Sequence record: MF385003.1 | Strand: one strand, 5' to 3' | DNA length: 32,000 nucleotides | Shown here: positions 1 through 11,767 of the stretch, piece after piece | How the letters are laid out: every line of letters starts with the position of its first letter | Numbering within the stretch: position 1 is the first letter of the stretch | Notes under the pieces: generated by a model | Databases searched by the model: none | Told to the model about the DNA's origin: nothing | Seen by the model: only the letters and a program-made list of their open reading frames with translations | Position numbers and translations under genes: made by a program

Positions 1-91
1 TAATACATCTGCAACTAATATTACATTTATAAAAAACTATTTATTACAAATTTTTTCACTTTATCAGAGTCAATTTATAAATAAAGTCATA

Positions 92-133
92 CCTCTTTTA
101 ATTGATTGTATTTTATAATTAATTTAAAAGAGG
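92..133 (-). terminator. Stem-loop about 60 nt downstream of the infB stop codon
   Basis: Perfect 10-bp inverted repeat cctcttttaa (92-101) / ttaaaagagg (124-133) around an AT-rich 22-nt loop, just 3' of infB on the minus strand. Confidence 0.4.
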
Positions 134-192
134 ATTAATATGCATAGCCTAAAGATATAATCTAAATAGTTCACCAAATTCAAAATTATCTT

Positions 193-2487
193 TTACAATG
201 ATCTATTTTTCGGCACTAAATCAAATGACTGAATTTTATCACCGGGTTGCCATAGCTGAAATTCAGCAATAAAAATACCACATTCATTACCGGCTTGGAC
301 TTCTTGTACGTCTTCTCTAACACGTTTTAAAGATTCTATTGTTCCTTGATAAACTATTGTATCTTCTCTCAAGACTTTAATCAAAGAATTCTTCAATAAT
401 TTGTTATTAGTAACTCGACATCCTGCTATTTTTCTATTAGCTAGAGAAAATACAGTACCAACTTCCGCTTCACCAACTGGCACTTCTGAATATTCAGGAT
501 CAAGCAGAGTTTCCATTTTTTCCCTAATACCTTCAATTAATCCATAAATTATTTGATAGTTTTCAATAATTACATTTAGTTTAGCTGCTGCCTGTCTTGT
601 TCCTGGGGCAAAATTAGTGTTAAAACCTATTAAGCTTGAATTAGTAGTTGAAGCTAATTCCACATCCGTAGCTGTAATCTCACCTGGCAAAATGGACAAA
701 ACATTTAGCTGTACTTTACTTTGAGGAAATTGGGATAATGAATCTAGAATTGCTTCTGTTGATCCTTGATTATCTGTTTTAATAATTAGACTAACTTGTT
801 TATTTTCGTCCTTGGAATTAATAGTACTTAAAGTATCTAAAGTGATTCGACTATTTAGAGCCTTTTGCTTTTGTACAATTATTGAGTTAGTAGACTCATT
901 TTCAATAGCTTTAAGCTTAGCTTCTTTATCATTACTAACTGCTAAGGCTACTTCGCCGGTAGCTGGAACACTTGACAAACCCCAAATCTCTACTACAGAA
1001 GATGGCTCTGCTAAATTAATTTTTTGCTTAGCATTGTTAATTATTGCCCGAATTTTTGCATGAGTCATTCCAATTACCATATTATCACCAGTATGCAATG
1101 TGCCATTTTGTATCAACAAAGTTGCAACAGGCCCGTGAAATTTGTCTAAATGAGCTTCTATTATTATTCCTTGAGCAAGCTGTGTTGGATCTGCTTGTAA
1201 ATTTTCTAATTCTGCTAGTAATAGAATTGTTTCTAGTAATTTATCAATGTTCTCCCCTGTAACGGAACTAATAGGAATTACTGGGACTGATCCTCCTAAT
1301 TTTTCAGAAATAACATTATGTACTACTAGATCATTTTGAATTTCATCTACATTATCTAAACTTTTATCCATTTTGGAAATTGCAACAACAAAGGAAACAT
1401 TAGCTTTCTGAAGATGTTGAATAGCTTCTATTGTTTGAGGCTTAATCCCGTCATCTGCAGCTATAATAATAATTGCAACATCAGTTAAATTAGCCCCCCG
1501 AGACCTCATACTTGTAAATGCTTCGTGTCCAGGAGTATCTAAAAAGACAATTTTTTGATGTTTAAATTCAACTTCATAAGCAGCAATATTTTGAGTAATG
1601 CCGCCAACTTCTTTATTAGCATTATTTGATTTATGAATATAATCTAATAACGTAGTTTTGCCATGATCAACATGCCCTAGAATTGTCACAACTGGTGGTC
1701 GATCTATACAATGATGATTATCTACAATAAATGGGATATCTGAATTCCTGATCTGCCTGTTTTTATTATTTTGGTCATGTGATTCTACTGCTATACCAAA
1801 ATTCTTAGCTACTGATGAAATAATCGTAGTATCAATAGTTTGATTAATTGTAACTGATATCCCTTTTAAAAATAGATACTTGATAATATCAGTTTCTGGT
1901 ATACAAATTAACTTGGATAGTTCTTGAATAGTTAAAGGATTGATAAGTTTAATAGATTCTGGTGGAGAATTTGGCAGAATAATAGATTTATCTATACTTA
2001 GGTCTATTTGTTCTTTTTTTTGTCGTGTAATTTTGTTATTACCAATAACTTTTTTAATTAACTGTGATTTGGGTTTAGGCGGACGCATTAAAGATATTGC
2101 TAAATCTCCTACAGTTTGAGCTGAATTAGAAGTAGAATCTCTAAAGTTATCATTGTCATCATCATCAATATGAATTTTAGTTTTTATTTTTTTTCTTTGC
2201 CTATTTTTATTTTTTTTAGTATCCAATAAATCATAAGACTTATTAAAGTTTTTATTTTTTTTATCTATTTTGGGAGGAGAACTTAACTCTAAGTGCTGTT
2301 CTGTGTTAGGTATACCTACTTCAGACTTATCCATATCTAAATTTAGCAAATTATTAGTAACAGTAGATTCAAGTCTGATTTTATAAATAAATTGTGGATT
2401 TTTGAGATCTAATACTTTTTCGGCGGAGTTATTACCCGAACTATATGAAGAAGCTTTCTTTTCAAAATTTTGATTATTTAAGAACAT
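193..2487 (-). CDS. infB: Translation initiation factor IF-2
   Basis: 764-aa ORF with ATG start and TAA stop. GTPase motifs [20 protein letters not shown] and SKMD, followed by conserved IF-2 domains. The K/N/D-rich N-terminus is typical of IF-2. Confidence 0.95.
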   Translation of the reverse strand: MFLNNQNFEKKASSYSSGNNSAEKVLDLKNPQFIYKIRLESTVTNNLLNLDMDKSEVGIPNTEQHLELSSPPKIDKKNKNFNKSYDLLDTKKNKNRQRKKIKTKIHIDDDDNDNFRDSTSNSAQTVGDLAISLMRPPKPKSQLIKKVIGNNKITRQKKEQIDLSIDKSIILPNSPPESIKLINPLTIQELSKLICIPETDIIKYLFLKGISVTINQTIDTTIISSVAKNFGIAVESHDQNNKNRQIRNSDIPFIVDNHHCIDRPPVVTILGHVDHGKTTLLDYIHKSNNANKEVGGITQNIAAYEVEFKHQKIVFLDTPGHEAFTSMRSRGANLTDVAIIIIAADDGIKPQTIEAIQHLQKANVSFVVAISKMDKSLDNVDEIQNDLVVHNVISEKLGGSVPVIPISSVTGENIDKLLETILLLAELENLQADPTQLAQGIIIEAHLDKFHGPVATLLIQNGTLHTGDNMVIGMTHAKIRAIINNAKQKINLAEPSSVVEIWGLSSVPATGEVALAVSNDKEAKLKAIENESTNSIIVQKQKALNSRITLDTLSTINSKDENKQVSLIIKTDNQGSTEAILDSLSQFPQSKVQLNVLSILPGEITATDVELASTTNSSLIGFNTNFAPGTRQAAAKLNVIIENYQIIYGLIEGIREKMETLLDPEYSEVPVGEAEVGTVFSLANRKIAGCRVTNNKLLKNSLIKVLREDTIVYQGTIESLKRVREDVQEVQAGNECGIFIAEFQLWQPGDKIQSFDLVPKNRSL

Positions 2488-2826
2488 AAGCGTTTTTTTA
2501 TTGCCTAATAGTAATTTTTTACTTTTCGTATAGAACTTAACATAAATAAAAATACCATGACTATGGTATCAATATCTAGACAAGTCGATATTTGTTTTAT
2601 TAAATCTAATATAACACTAAAGTCATTGTTGTTATATTAGTTAAAAAAATTTTATGTTGGCATGCACTATATTCTAATTTTTCAGTATACAATCTATTTA
2701 TCTAAATCTTATTGTTTTCATCGATTGTGAAAATACTTACTTAAGGTGGAGTTCAGAGTAAATTCTTCTGAAGATCTAAAAAGCTTTACAATTAAGTAAC
2801 AATCGTTAATTAACTCCACACCAATT

Positions 2827-3348
2827 ATGCCAAGATCTCAGAAAAATGATAACTTTATTGATAAGACTTTTACAGTATTAGCTGATATTGTATTAAAAAT
2901 ACTTCCAACTAGTAAAGAAGAAAAAGAAGCTTTTTCTTACTATCGAGATGGGATGTCAGCACAATCCGAAGGCGAATATGCAGAAGCTCTTGAAAACTAT
3001 TATGAAGCTTTAAAATTAGAAGAAGATCCATATGATAGAAGTTATATACTCTACAACATAGGATTAATCTATGCAAGTAATGGTGAATATGTTAAAGCCC
3101 TTGAATATTATCACCAAGGATTGGAATTAAACTTTAAATTGCCTCAAGCTTTGAACAATATAGCTGTAATATATCACTATCAAGGAGTTCAAGCTGTCGA
3201 AGAGAAAAATGTAGAATTGTCTAAATTGATGTTTGACAAAGCTGCACAATATTGGCAGCAAGCAATTAAACTAGCCCCAGATAATTATATTGAAGCTCAA
3301 AACTGGCTCAAAACGACAGGTCGCATGAAAAATATACAAGGATACTAA
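2827..3348 (+). CDS. ycf3: Photosystem I assembly protein Ycf3 (TPR protein)
   Basis: 173-aa ORF with three TPR units ([27 protein letters not shown]..., [30 protein letters not shown]...), the characteristic Ycf3 sequence. Confidence 0.95.
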   Translation: MPRSQKNDNFIDKTFTVLADIVLKILPTSKEEKEAFSYYRDGMSAQSEGEYAEALENYYEALKLEEDPYDRSYILYNIGLIYASNGEYVKALEYYHQGLELNFKLPQALNNIAVIYHYQGVQAVEEKNVELSKLMFDKAAQYWQQAIKLAPDNYIEAQNWLKTTGRMKNIQGY

Positions 3349-3493
3349 TAGATTCAAGATATAATAATATTAATGAATAAAAATTGAAATAATTTTATCT
3401 TAAAAAATATTGTAATATGTATTGCAGTAAATAGTTTTTTAAGCTAAATCAAGACATCGAAATTAAATCTATTGACTATATTTATGAATGTAA

Positions 3494-4930
<1,437 letters not shown>

Positions 4931-4941
4931 TATAACTAATA

Positions 4942-5346
4942 ATGACTTTAAATATCAAAATTATTGCACCAGATCGTACTGTTTGGGATGCAGAAGCCCA
5001 AGAGATTATTTTACCAAGTAGCACAGGTCAACTAGGTATTTTGACAGGACATGCACCTTTATTAACAGCTTTAGATATTGGAGTAATGAGAGTTAGAGTA
5101 GATAAAGAATGGATGCCAATTGTCTTACTTGGCGGCTTTGCGGAAATTGAAAATAATCAACTAACTATATTAGTAAATGGCGCAGAAGAGGCTAGCCAGA
5201 TTGACTTAGTTGAAGCTGAAAAAAATTTAGATACTGCAACTCAATTACTTAATGATGCTTCTTCTAGTAAAGAAAAAATCGAAGCAACCCAAAATATAAG
5301 AAAAGCTAGAGCTCGAGTACAAGCTGCAACAGCAGCAATTGCATAA
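4942..5346 (+). CDS. atpE: ATP synthase CF1 epsilon subunit
   Basis: 134-aa ORF starting 11 nt after the atpB stop. It has the F1-epsilon N-terminal beta-sandwich pattern (IIAPDRTVWDAEAQEIILPSSTGQLGILTGHAPLLTAL) and the classic atpB-atpE arrangement. Confidence 0.95.
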   Translation: MTLNIKIIAPDRTVWDAEAQEIILPSSTGQLGILTGHAPLLTALDIGVMRVRVDKEWMPIVLLGGFAEIENNQLTILVNGAEEASQIDLVEAEKNLDTATQLLNDASSSKEKIEATQNIRKARARVQAATAAIA

Positions 5347-5371
5347 ATAATTATTTATGCGATGTTAAAAT

Positions 5372-5403
5372 AAAACCCTAGTAATAACTGTTACTAGGGT
5401 TTT
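5372..5403. terminator. Shared stem-loop between convergent atpE and apcB
   Basis: Perfect 13-bp stem aaaaccctagtaa (5372-5384) / ttactagggtttt (5391-5403) with 6-nt loop taactg. A/T runs flank it on both sides, so it could act in either direction. Confidence 0.6.
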
Positions 5404-5431
5404 ATTATTTAATTTTTACGATATAGTTGGA

Positions 5432-5917
5432 TTAACTTAAGCCGGAACATATATAGTCAAAATACAAGCCCATTTCTTTACCAGCGTCTGGCCCTACTAA
5501 GCTAATTGTTACTTCTTTCATAGCTAAAATTGCTTGAATTGTGGCACCAATAGGAACGCCCAGAGAATTATATGTTTCTTTTAATCCATTGAGTACACGC
5601 TCTTCTAAAATAGAAGGATCACCTGCTAGCATTCCATAAGTAGCGTAACGTAAGTAATAATCTAAATCACGAATACAGGCGGCATAACGTCTAGTTGTAT
5701 ACATATTTCCGCCAGGTCGAGTGATATCAGAATAAAGCAAGGATTTTGCTACAGATTCTTTAATAATTGTTGCAGCATTAGCGGCAATAGTAGCAGCAGC
5801 TCTTACTCTTAGTTCACCTGTTTGAAAATAGCCCCTTAATTTTTCAACTGAACTATCATCTAAATATTTACCTTGAACGTCAGCTGCATTAATGACAGAA
5901 GTAATTGCGTCTTGCAT
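5432..5917 (-). CDS. apcB: Allophycocyanin beta subunit
   Basis: 161-aa [23 protein letters not shown]...[18 protein letters not shown], the canonical ApcB sequence including the chromophore-binding Cys in AACIRD. Confidence 0.97.
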   Translation of the reverse strand: MQDAITSVINAADVQGKYLDDSSVEKLRGYFQTGELRVRAAATIAANAATIIKESVAKSLLYSDITRPGGNMYTTRRYAACIRDLDYYLRYATYGMLAGDPSILEERVLNGLKETYNSLGVPIGATIQAILAMKEVTISLVGPDAGKEMGLYFDYICSGLS

Positions 5918-5995
5918 AACTTTTAAAAATTCCTTAATTTTAAATATTTGAGACTATGGAGATATGAAAAAATAATCTATGTATTCAAGTCAGTA

Positions 5996-6481
5996 TTATT
6001 GCATTGCACCTAAAGTGTAGTCAAAGTAAAAACCAGCTTCTGCAGAATCTTCACCTGCGAGAAGTGAACAAGCTACGCTTTTCATACATTTTACACCTTC
6101 AGCAACTCCAGAAATTGGTGTACCTAAAGAGTTATACATTTCTTTAACACCAACTAAACCAATTTCTTCGATTGGTGTGACATCTCCTGCAACTATTCCA
6201 TAAGTCACTAAACGAAGATAGTAATCAAGATCTCTGAGACAAGTAGCTGTCATTTCTTCTCCATACGCATTACCACCTGGGGAAACAACATCAGGTCTTT
6301 TTTGAAATAATTGTTGACCACCTTGCTTAACAATGCGTTCACGATTATCCGTTAAAATTTGAGCAATTCTTAGACGACGTTGTCCAGAAAGAACAAAACT
6401 TTTAATTCTGTCTAGTTCACCTGGACTTAAATATCTCGCTTCTGCATCTGCATTTACAATTGACTTTGTAACTATACTCAT
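5996..6481 (-). CDS. apcA: Allophycocyanin alpha subunit
   Basis: 161-aa [29 protein letters not shown]...[17 protein letters not shown], the canonical ApcA sequence. AGGAG lies 8 nt upstream of the ATG on the minus strand. Confidence 0.97.
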   Translation of the reverse strand: MSIVTKSIVNADAEARYLSPGELDRIKSFVLSGQRRLRIAQILTDNRERIVKQGGQQLFQKRPDVVSPGGNAYGEEMTATCLRDLDYYLRLVTYGIVAGDVTPIEEIGLVGVKEMYNSLGTPISGVAEGVKCMKSVACSLLAGEDSAEAGFYFDYTLGAMQ

Positions 6482-6575
6482 GGATAAAACTCCTGCTTAA
6501 AAAAAAGCTTAATACTAATTATTTATGATATAACTCAGATAATATTGAACCTTTCGAAAAAATTTGTAGCTACAG

Positions 6576-6604
6576 TATATAAATGATGTATACTTTGGCC
6601 TCAA
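6576..6604 (-). promoter_or_regulatory. Candidate sigma70-type promoter for apcA-apcB inside the apcE-apcA spacer
   Basis: Minus strand reads TTGAGG (6604-6599), a 17-nt spacer, then TATATA (6581-6576), roughly 95 nt upstream of the apcA ATG. This is a motif match only. Confidence 0.25.
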
Positions 6605-6651
6605 CATAAAGGTAAGTACTAAAGCGATAAAGCTGAACTCGTAATCTAATG

Positions 6652-9312
6652 TTATTGATTACCTAGTACTTTTTTGAAACTAGGTACAACAATTGACACA
6701 TTTTGCTTAGTTAGTCTATTATATAAAGTTTCTGTATTAGGAAAGTTCGCAGCAGGTAAAGTTGGGAATCTTCTATATGGAACAGTATTTGTTCCATATA
6801 CAGAATTATATTCAGAGCTATTAACTAGAGTTTCAACAAAGGCTGATAAACCTTTTGATGCTAAAATTTGATTAAAGAATCGTATTTCAGCCTGGTTATT
6901 TGGGGCTCTTCCAAGTATATGCTTTGTACCTAGCTCTATAACTTTTGTATTTGGGTATGGCTGGTAAAATTCTTTACCATATAGTTCAGACAATGCTAAT
7001 TTTTGTATTAATTCTTTAACATTAATCTGTTTATTTAAGAAAGATAATTCTATATCTAAAAACTCTCCACCAATACTGAATGAATTAAGATCTCTTTCAA
7101 AGATTTGACGATAGGCAGCTCTTAAAGCTTGTTCTAAGACTTCGTGCGAACTATTTTGATTTACGTCAAATATAACAGATTGATCTCTTAGAGGAGTAAC
7201 TCCTTGTGCAATACGCGACTGAATATCATTACTACTACGTATTTCTTTAACTGTACCAAGTTCAACAAACCTAGAAGATTTGCTACTAATAACTTTTTTA
7301 AATCTTTGATCAATTATGCCAGGTCTTAAACTTCTTAATGCAATACCAGCTGGCGTAGTGTATCTTTCGTATGGTACAATGTTCTCTCCAAATGTTTCAA
7401 TATATTCAGAACTATCAATTATCGCATCTACAACTTGATAATATCCCTTCTTATAAGCAAGATCAAAATATTTATTAATCTCTTGGCGACCATACGTAGG
7501 TCTCCCCAATAAACGGTTATGAATATATTCAATCGCTTTGCAAATATATAAAGGTTCCCAGTAAAGCGATCTAAATATGCTAGATTTTGCCAACTGCCTA
7601 ATGAATTCGCGAACAGAAATTTGACTATCTTTCAGTTGACCTTCAATTGGTTTGAGAATTAATTTTTCTTCTTGATATACTTCTCTACCGAAAACTCTTA
7701 AATAAGCAACTTTTGTAATAACATCAACTGAATTTTCAAACTTTGCGAGTGAGTTTGTTGGTACAACTGTATTGGATAATTTGAAAATTTTTGGACCTAA
7801 GGAGCCGGCAGATTTGGGTCTTACTTGTGGATTACTAATTTGGTTATAGATTCCAGGACCCTGCCTCACTAGAATTCTTCTAGTATCTTTACCAAAGATA
7901 GCTTGTCTTTTCCTTGGATCTTTATTCTCTTTAGGAAAGATAGCTCCAAACTGAATGGATAAAGGATCGTTACCAGTTCCATAAGGGTGTTGATCTGGTA
8001 GTGATTGCTTATAATCACTGAATAAAGTTATAAATTGCGGTACTTTACGGAAAGGAGCACTATAATTTAATAGATCTATTTGAGGACCCCAATTACGACA
8101 TTCTTGTGGCTCTTCACCTAAATTTCTAAAATAAGGAACTGTTTCTTCACCAAAATAATCTGTATATTCAGCTGAATTTAAAATTGCATTCACAAGCCCA
8201 CTTAAACCGGTAGAGGACAGGATGGCAAAATATTTTTGAAATTCCTCTAGAGAACTAGGTCCTCTACCAAGAAAATGCCTAAATGCTAATTCTAATGCTC
8301 TACTATTTACAAAAGGCTCATAGAACTGTTTTCTGTAAGTATTAGATGTACCTAATGAGCGAATAAATTCTTTAATTGAAATTTGACCGTTCTTTACTTG
8401 AGATTCTAAATTTGATAGTGAAAGATTATATGCTTTAGCAATATCTCTCTCAAAAATTTGCCTATAACAAGCTTTAACAACTAGATTTTTTTCATCAGCC
8501 GATAAACTAGATTTCATTACAAACCGAGGAGTTGAAACACCTGCCTGAGAATACGTTTGAGGGAGACGCAAACCCTGCAAATCATTAGATTCTCTTTTTC
8601 TTAATTTATCAGTCAAAGATGGAGCTTCAAATTCGGAAATAACAACATTAAAGTATTCTCGGACTAAGTCTTGACCTTTAATGTCCTCTTCAAATATTGC
8701 TAAAGCAGTGCGTCTCATCTCTCTTAATGCAACAATTGCTGCTGCACTTGAACAAGCATTGTCAATCAGTTCTCTCAAGCCTCTAATATTAACTGAGAGA
8801 ATATTAGGGTCACCTGAGACAATGGCATAGGTTAGATATCTTAAGAACCAATCTAAATCTCTCAAAGATTTTCTCATTCTTGTAGTACCATAACGCAAGA
8901 CATTAATTGGCTTAAAGCCCGGAGGTGTTGCGCCTCCTGCATTAAATAATGAACGAAAACCTTGTCCAAAATCACCCTGAATATTCCCAGATAGCTCATT
9001 AATTTTATCTCTAGAACTTTGGTCTCCAGCAATAATAACTGCTGCTTGTGGTCTCTCTAAATAAGATATTGCGGAACCTCCTACAAATATCTTATCTGCT
9101 GCTCGCGCGACAAGAATATTTGCATTTTTAGTTAAAATATCTGCAACCTCTAATCTTTTTTGACCAGAATTTAAGAAAGAGACTAATTGGTTTAATTCAC
9201 CAAGCTGTAAAAATCGGTCTTGCTGCTCTGCTTGAGTAATTGTCAAAATTGAGGCAGTCCGATAGAGCTGGGGGCGTGCTAATGGGCTTCCACCACTTGC
9301 TTTTATACTCAT
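6652..9312 (-). CDS. apcE: Phycobilisome core-membrane linker (LCM, anchor polypeptide)
   Basis: N-terminal phycobiliprotein-like domain with an inserted loop and the chromophore Cys in IDNACSSAAA. Three internal linker (REP) repeats each end in ...SEY...FG...VPY. The track ORF starts at ATG 9324 (MNKT...). I prefer the ATG at 9312 (MSIKASGGS...) because apcE homologues begin MS.KASGGS and AAGGAG abuts the first ATG directly. Confidence 0.93.
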   Translation of the reverse strand: MSIKASGGSPLARPQLYRTASILTITQAEQQDRFLQLGELNQLVSFLNSGQKRLEVADILTKNANILVARAADKIFVGGSAISYLERPQAAVIIAGDQSSRDKINELSGNIQGDFGQGFRSLFNAGGATPPGFKPINVLRYGTTRMRKSLRDLDWFLRYLTYAIVSGDPNILSVNIRGLRELIDNACSSAAAIVALREMRRTALAIFEEDIKGQDLVREYFNVVISEFEAPSLTDKLRKRESNDLQGLRLPQTYSQAGVSTPRFVMKSSLSADEKNLVVKACYRQIFERDIAKAYNLSLSNLESQVKNGQISIKEFIRSLGTSNTYRKQFYEPFVNSRALELAFRHFLGRGPSSLEEFQKYFAILSSTGLSGLVNAILNSAEYTDYFGEETVPYFRNLGEEPQECRNWGPQIDLLNYSAPFRKVPQFITLFSDYKQSLPDQHPYGTGNDPLSIQFGAIFPKENKDPRKRQAIFGKDTRRILVRQGPGIYNQISNPQVRPKSAGSLGPKIFKLSNTVVPTNSLAKFENSVDVITKVAYLRVFGREVYQEEKLILKPIEGQLKDSQISVREFIRQLAKSSIFRSLYWEPLYICKAIEYIHNRLLGRPTYGRQEINKYFDLAYKKGYYQVVDAIIDSSEYIETFGENIVPYERYTTPAGIALRSLRPGIIDQRFKKVISSKSSRFVELGTVKEIRSSNDIQSRIAQGVTPLRDQSVIFDVNQNSSHEVLEQALRAAYRQIFERDLNSFSIGGEFLDIELSFLNKQINVKELIQKLALSELYGKEFYQPYPNTKVIELGTKHILGRAPNNQAEIRFFNQILASKGLSAFVETLVNSSEYNSVYGTNTVPYRRFPTLPAANFPNTETLYNRLTKQNVSIVVPSFKKVLGNQ

Positions 9313-9740
9313 TGTTTTATTCATCTCCTTAACTTATTTTACTGACAGACTAATACAGATAATATTTTCTTCTTCTATGCCTGGAAAACTACTATGTAAA
9401 GACATTTTTTCTAAAATGTTAGGTACTAATATTTATAGTATAGATAGTCTCTCAACTACCTTCTATAAATACAAATTTTGTAATAATTCTATTAACATTT
9501 ATGAAATAATTAAAAAGCAGTGATGCTTTTGTATTGACCTAAGACTAATCAAGTATTGATATTAAATAGAGTATACTGAATAAATTGCACAGATCATAAA
9601 GTCAAAGATTTATTCTGCGCAAGCTAGTTAATGAAGTAAATTATTAGATATCCAATAACTATAAAATTATTATTCTGATTCATGCTTTTACACTAGTTCT
9701 CTATCGTCTTTAAAATAAATAATCTTAATAAGCACTTGGT

Positions 9741-10505
9741 ATGAGTTTAGAACAACAAAATAATCTTTTAGCTAACATAAATGCGAATCCAGAAGACTTA
9801 CCTGAAAATGATGTACCAATGTCCATTACAGAGCATTTAGAAGAGTTAAGACAAAGAACTTTATTTGTCTTTATTTTTTTCTTGTTAGCTGCAACACTTA
9901 GCTTTACACAAACCAAAATAATTGTTGAAATATTTCAAGCTCCAGCTGTCGGTATTAAATTTTTACAATTAGCACCGGGAGAATATTTTTTTTCATCTAT
10001 TAAAATTACAATTTACTGCGGCATCGTTGCAACAACTCCTTTTGGGGTATATCAAGTAATATTATATATATTACCAGGTCTTACTATGAAAGAGAGGAAG
10101 ATTATTTTACCTATTTTAATTGGTTCAATAGTTCTGTTTATAGTAGGAGGAATCTTTGCTTATTTTATTTTAGCTCCAGCTGCCTTAAACTTTTTAATTA
10201 GCTACGGTGCAGATATAGTAGAACCTTTATGGTCTTTTGAACAATATTTTGACTTTATTTTGCTTCTTTTATTTAGTACTGGTTTAGCATTTGAAATTCC
10301 CATTATACAGCTACTACTAGGTATATCTGGGATCGTTTCTGCGAATCAAATGTTGCGAGCATGGAGATATATTATTATTATATCAACAATTGTAGGAGCC
10401 ATCTTAACACCTTCTACCGATCCAGTGACACAAATTATCATGTCTTCGGCTGTTTTAGCTCTCTATTTCAGCGGAGTTCTCATACTATTTCTCTTGAAAA
10501 AATAG
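9741..10505 (+). CDS. tatC: Sec-independent (Tat) protein translocase subunit TatC
   Basis: 254-aa polytopic membrane ORF with the TatC signature ...[13 protein letters not shown]... followed by six hydrophobic segments. This is ycf43 of red-algal plastids. Confidence 0.9.
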   Translation: MSLEQQNNLLANINANPEDLPENDVPMSITEHLEELRQRTLFVFIFFLLAATLSFTQTKIIVEIFQAPAVGIKFLQLAPGEYFFSSIKITIYCGIVATTPFGVYQVILYILPGLTMKERKIILPILIGSIVLFIVGGIFAYFILAPAALNFLISYGADIVEPLWSFEQYFDFILLLLFSTGLAFEIPIIQLLLGISGIVSANQMLRAWRYIIIISTIVGAILTPSTDPVTQIIMSSAVLALYFSGVLILFLLKK

Positions 10506-10731
10506 CTTCAAAAAGATTAAATTAAATCAGGAAACTCAGTTAGCAATTATTGTAATTTATATCGACGTAAAAAGTAATTTATTACAAGTTTTATTTATAT
10601 ACATACTTATTCATTATATAGTTATAACAGTAAGTCTAATTAATAGTTTTTTACACTTAATTAAAGTAATAACTCTTAATTCTTTTGGCAGAAAGATCTG
10701 TCTTAATATTTTATCCCAAAAAAACAGAAAA

Positions 10732-11694
10732 ATGAAGCTAAATAGTCTAATTAACTTAATTCAAAAGTCTATATGTTCTTGTACGCTTTTATTAACTATT
10801 TTAAATATTATTTGCATAGCACCTAATTCTAGCAATGCATTTCCTATCTATGCTCAGCAAGCTTATGAAAATCCTAGAGAAGCAACTGGTAGAATAGTTT
10901 GTGCAAATTGTCATTTAGCTCAAAAACCTGTGGAAATTGAAGCTCCTCAGGCAGTTCTTCCAAATACTGTATTCGAAACTGTTATCAAAATACCTTATGA
11001 AAATACTGCTAAACAAATTTTAGGCAATGGAAGTAAAGGCGGGCTAAATGTCGGAGCAGTTGTTATATTACCAGAAGGATTTAAACTCGCTCCTGCCAAT
11101 AGGTTATCTCCTGAATTGAAAGAAAAAACAAAAAACTTATACATTCAGCCATACAGTACTAAGCAAAATAATATTTTAGTAATTGGCCCTATTCCTGGTG
11201 ACAAGAATAAAGAGATAGTATTTCCAATATTATCTCCAGATCCCGCTAAAGATAAGCAAGCTCATTTTTTCAAATATCCAATATATGTTGGAGGCAACAG
11301 AGGAAGAGGTCAAATTTACCCAACAGGAGATAAAAGTAATAACAATCTCATCTCTGCATCAGCTAGCGGTAAGATCAATAAAATTGAGGCTCTTGAAAAA
11401 GGCGGCTTTGTAGTTCATATAGCTAGTACTAAAGATTCCGAAGTGAATCAAAATATTCCAGCAGGTGTAGAATTGAAGATTAAAGAAGGTGACAATGTAC
11501 AGTTAGATCAAGCTATTAGTAAGGATCCCAATGTAGGTGGTTTTGGTCAAAATGAAACAGAAATTGTTTTACAGAGTCCAAATAGAATTAAGGGCATGAT
11601 TGCTTTCTTTTTCGTAAGTGTATTAGCACAAATTTTCTTTGTTTTAAAGAAAAAACAATTTGAAAAAGTTCAAGCTGCAGAAATGAACTTTTAG
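10732..11694 (+). CDS. petA: Cytochrome f (apocytochrome f precursor)
   Basis: 320-aa ORF with a signal peptide ending ...SSNA. The mature N-terminus is [27 protein letters not shown] (heme-binding CANCH), and there is a C-terminal membrane anchor. Confidence 0.97.
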   Translation: MKLNSLINLIQKSICSCTLLLTILNIICIAPNSSNAFPIYAQQAYENPREATGRIVCANCHLAQKPVEIEAPQAVLPNTVFETVIKIPYENTAKQILGNGSKGGLNVGAVVILPEGFKLAPANRLSPELKEKTKNLYIQPYSTKQNNILVIGPIPGDKNKEIVFPILSPDPAKDKQAHFFKYPIYVGGNRGRGQIYPTGDKSNNNLISASASGKINKIEALEKGGFVVHIASTKDSEVNQNIPAGVELKIKEGDNVQLDQAISKDPNVGGFGQNETEIVLQSPNRIKGMIAFFFVSVLAQIFFVLKKKQFEKVQAAEMNF

Positions 11695-11767
11695 TTTAAA
11701 CAAATACTGGCACTTACTATAAGTAAATTATTTAAAACTTTACTAATGGCTTGTACCAGTTTTTGTA

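Noticed and set aside
812-1262. Two plus-strand track ORFs (812-1063, 1044-1262) inside infB
   Set aside because: They are antisense to a strongly conserved IF-2 G-domain region. Their products are leucine/serine-rich with no recognisable motifs, which is typical of shadow ORFs.
2552-2819. Several inverted repeats in the infB/ycf3 divergent spacer: 7-bp ataccat/atggtat, 11-bp ctaatataaca/tgttatattag at 2606-2640, and a long-range 8-bp gtggagtt/aactccac pairing near the ycf3 start
   Set aside because: They are short, mostly A/T pairs in a very AT-rich spacer and are plausibly chance. Without comparative covariation I cannot call them regulatory.
6674-6871. 65-aa plus-strand ORF inside the apcE 3' region
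   Set aside because: It is antisense to the third REP domain of apcE and is a shadow ORF.
9377-9523. 48-codon ATG ORF (MPGKLLCKDIFSKMLGTNIYSIDS...) in the apcE-tatC spacer
   Set aside because: Its N/I/K/Y-rich composition mirrors AT-rich non-coding DNA. It has no SD, no hydrophobic segment and no resemblance to any small plastid protein I know.
9725-9916. 63-aa minus-strand ORF overlapping the tatC 5' end
   Set aside because: It is antisense to the conserved TatC N-terminus, with low-complexity sequence.
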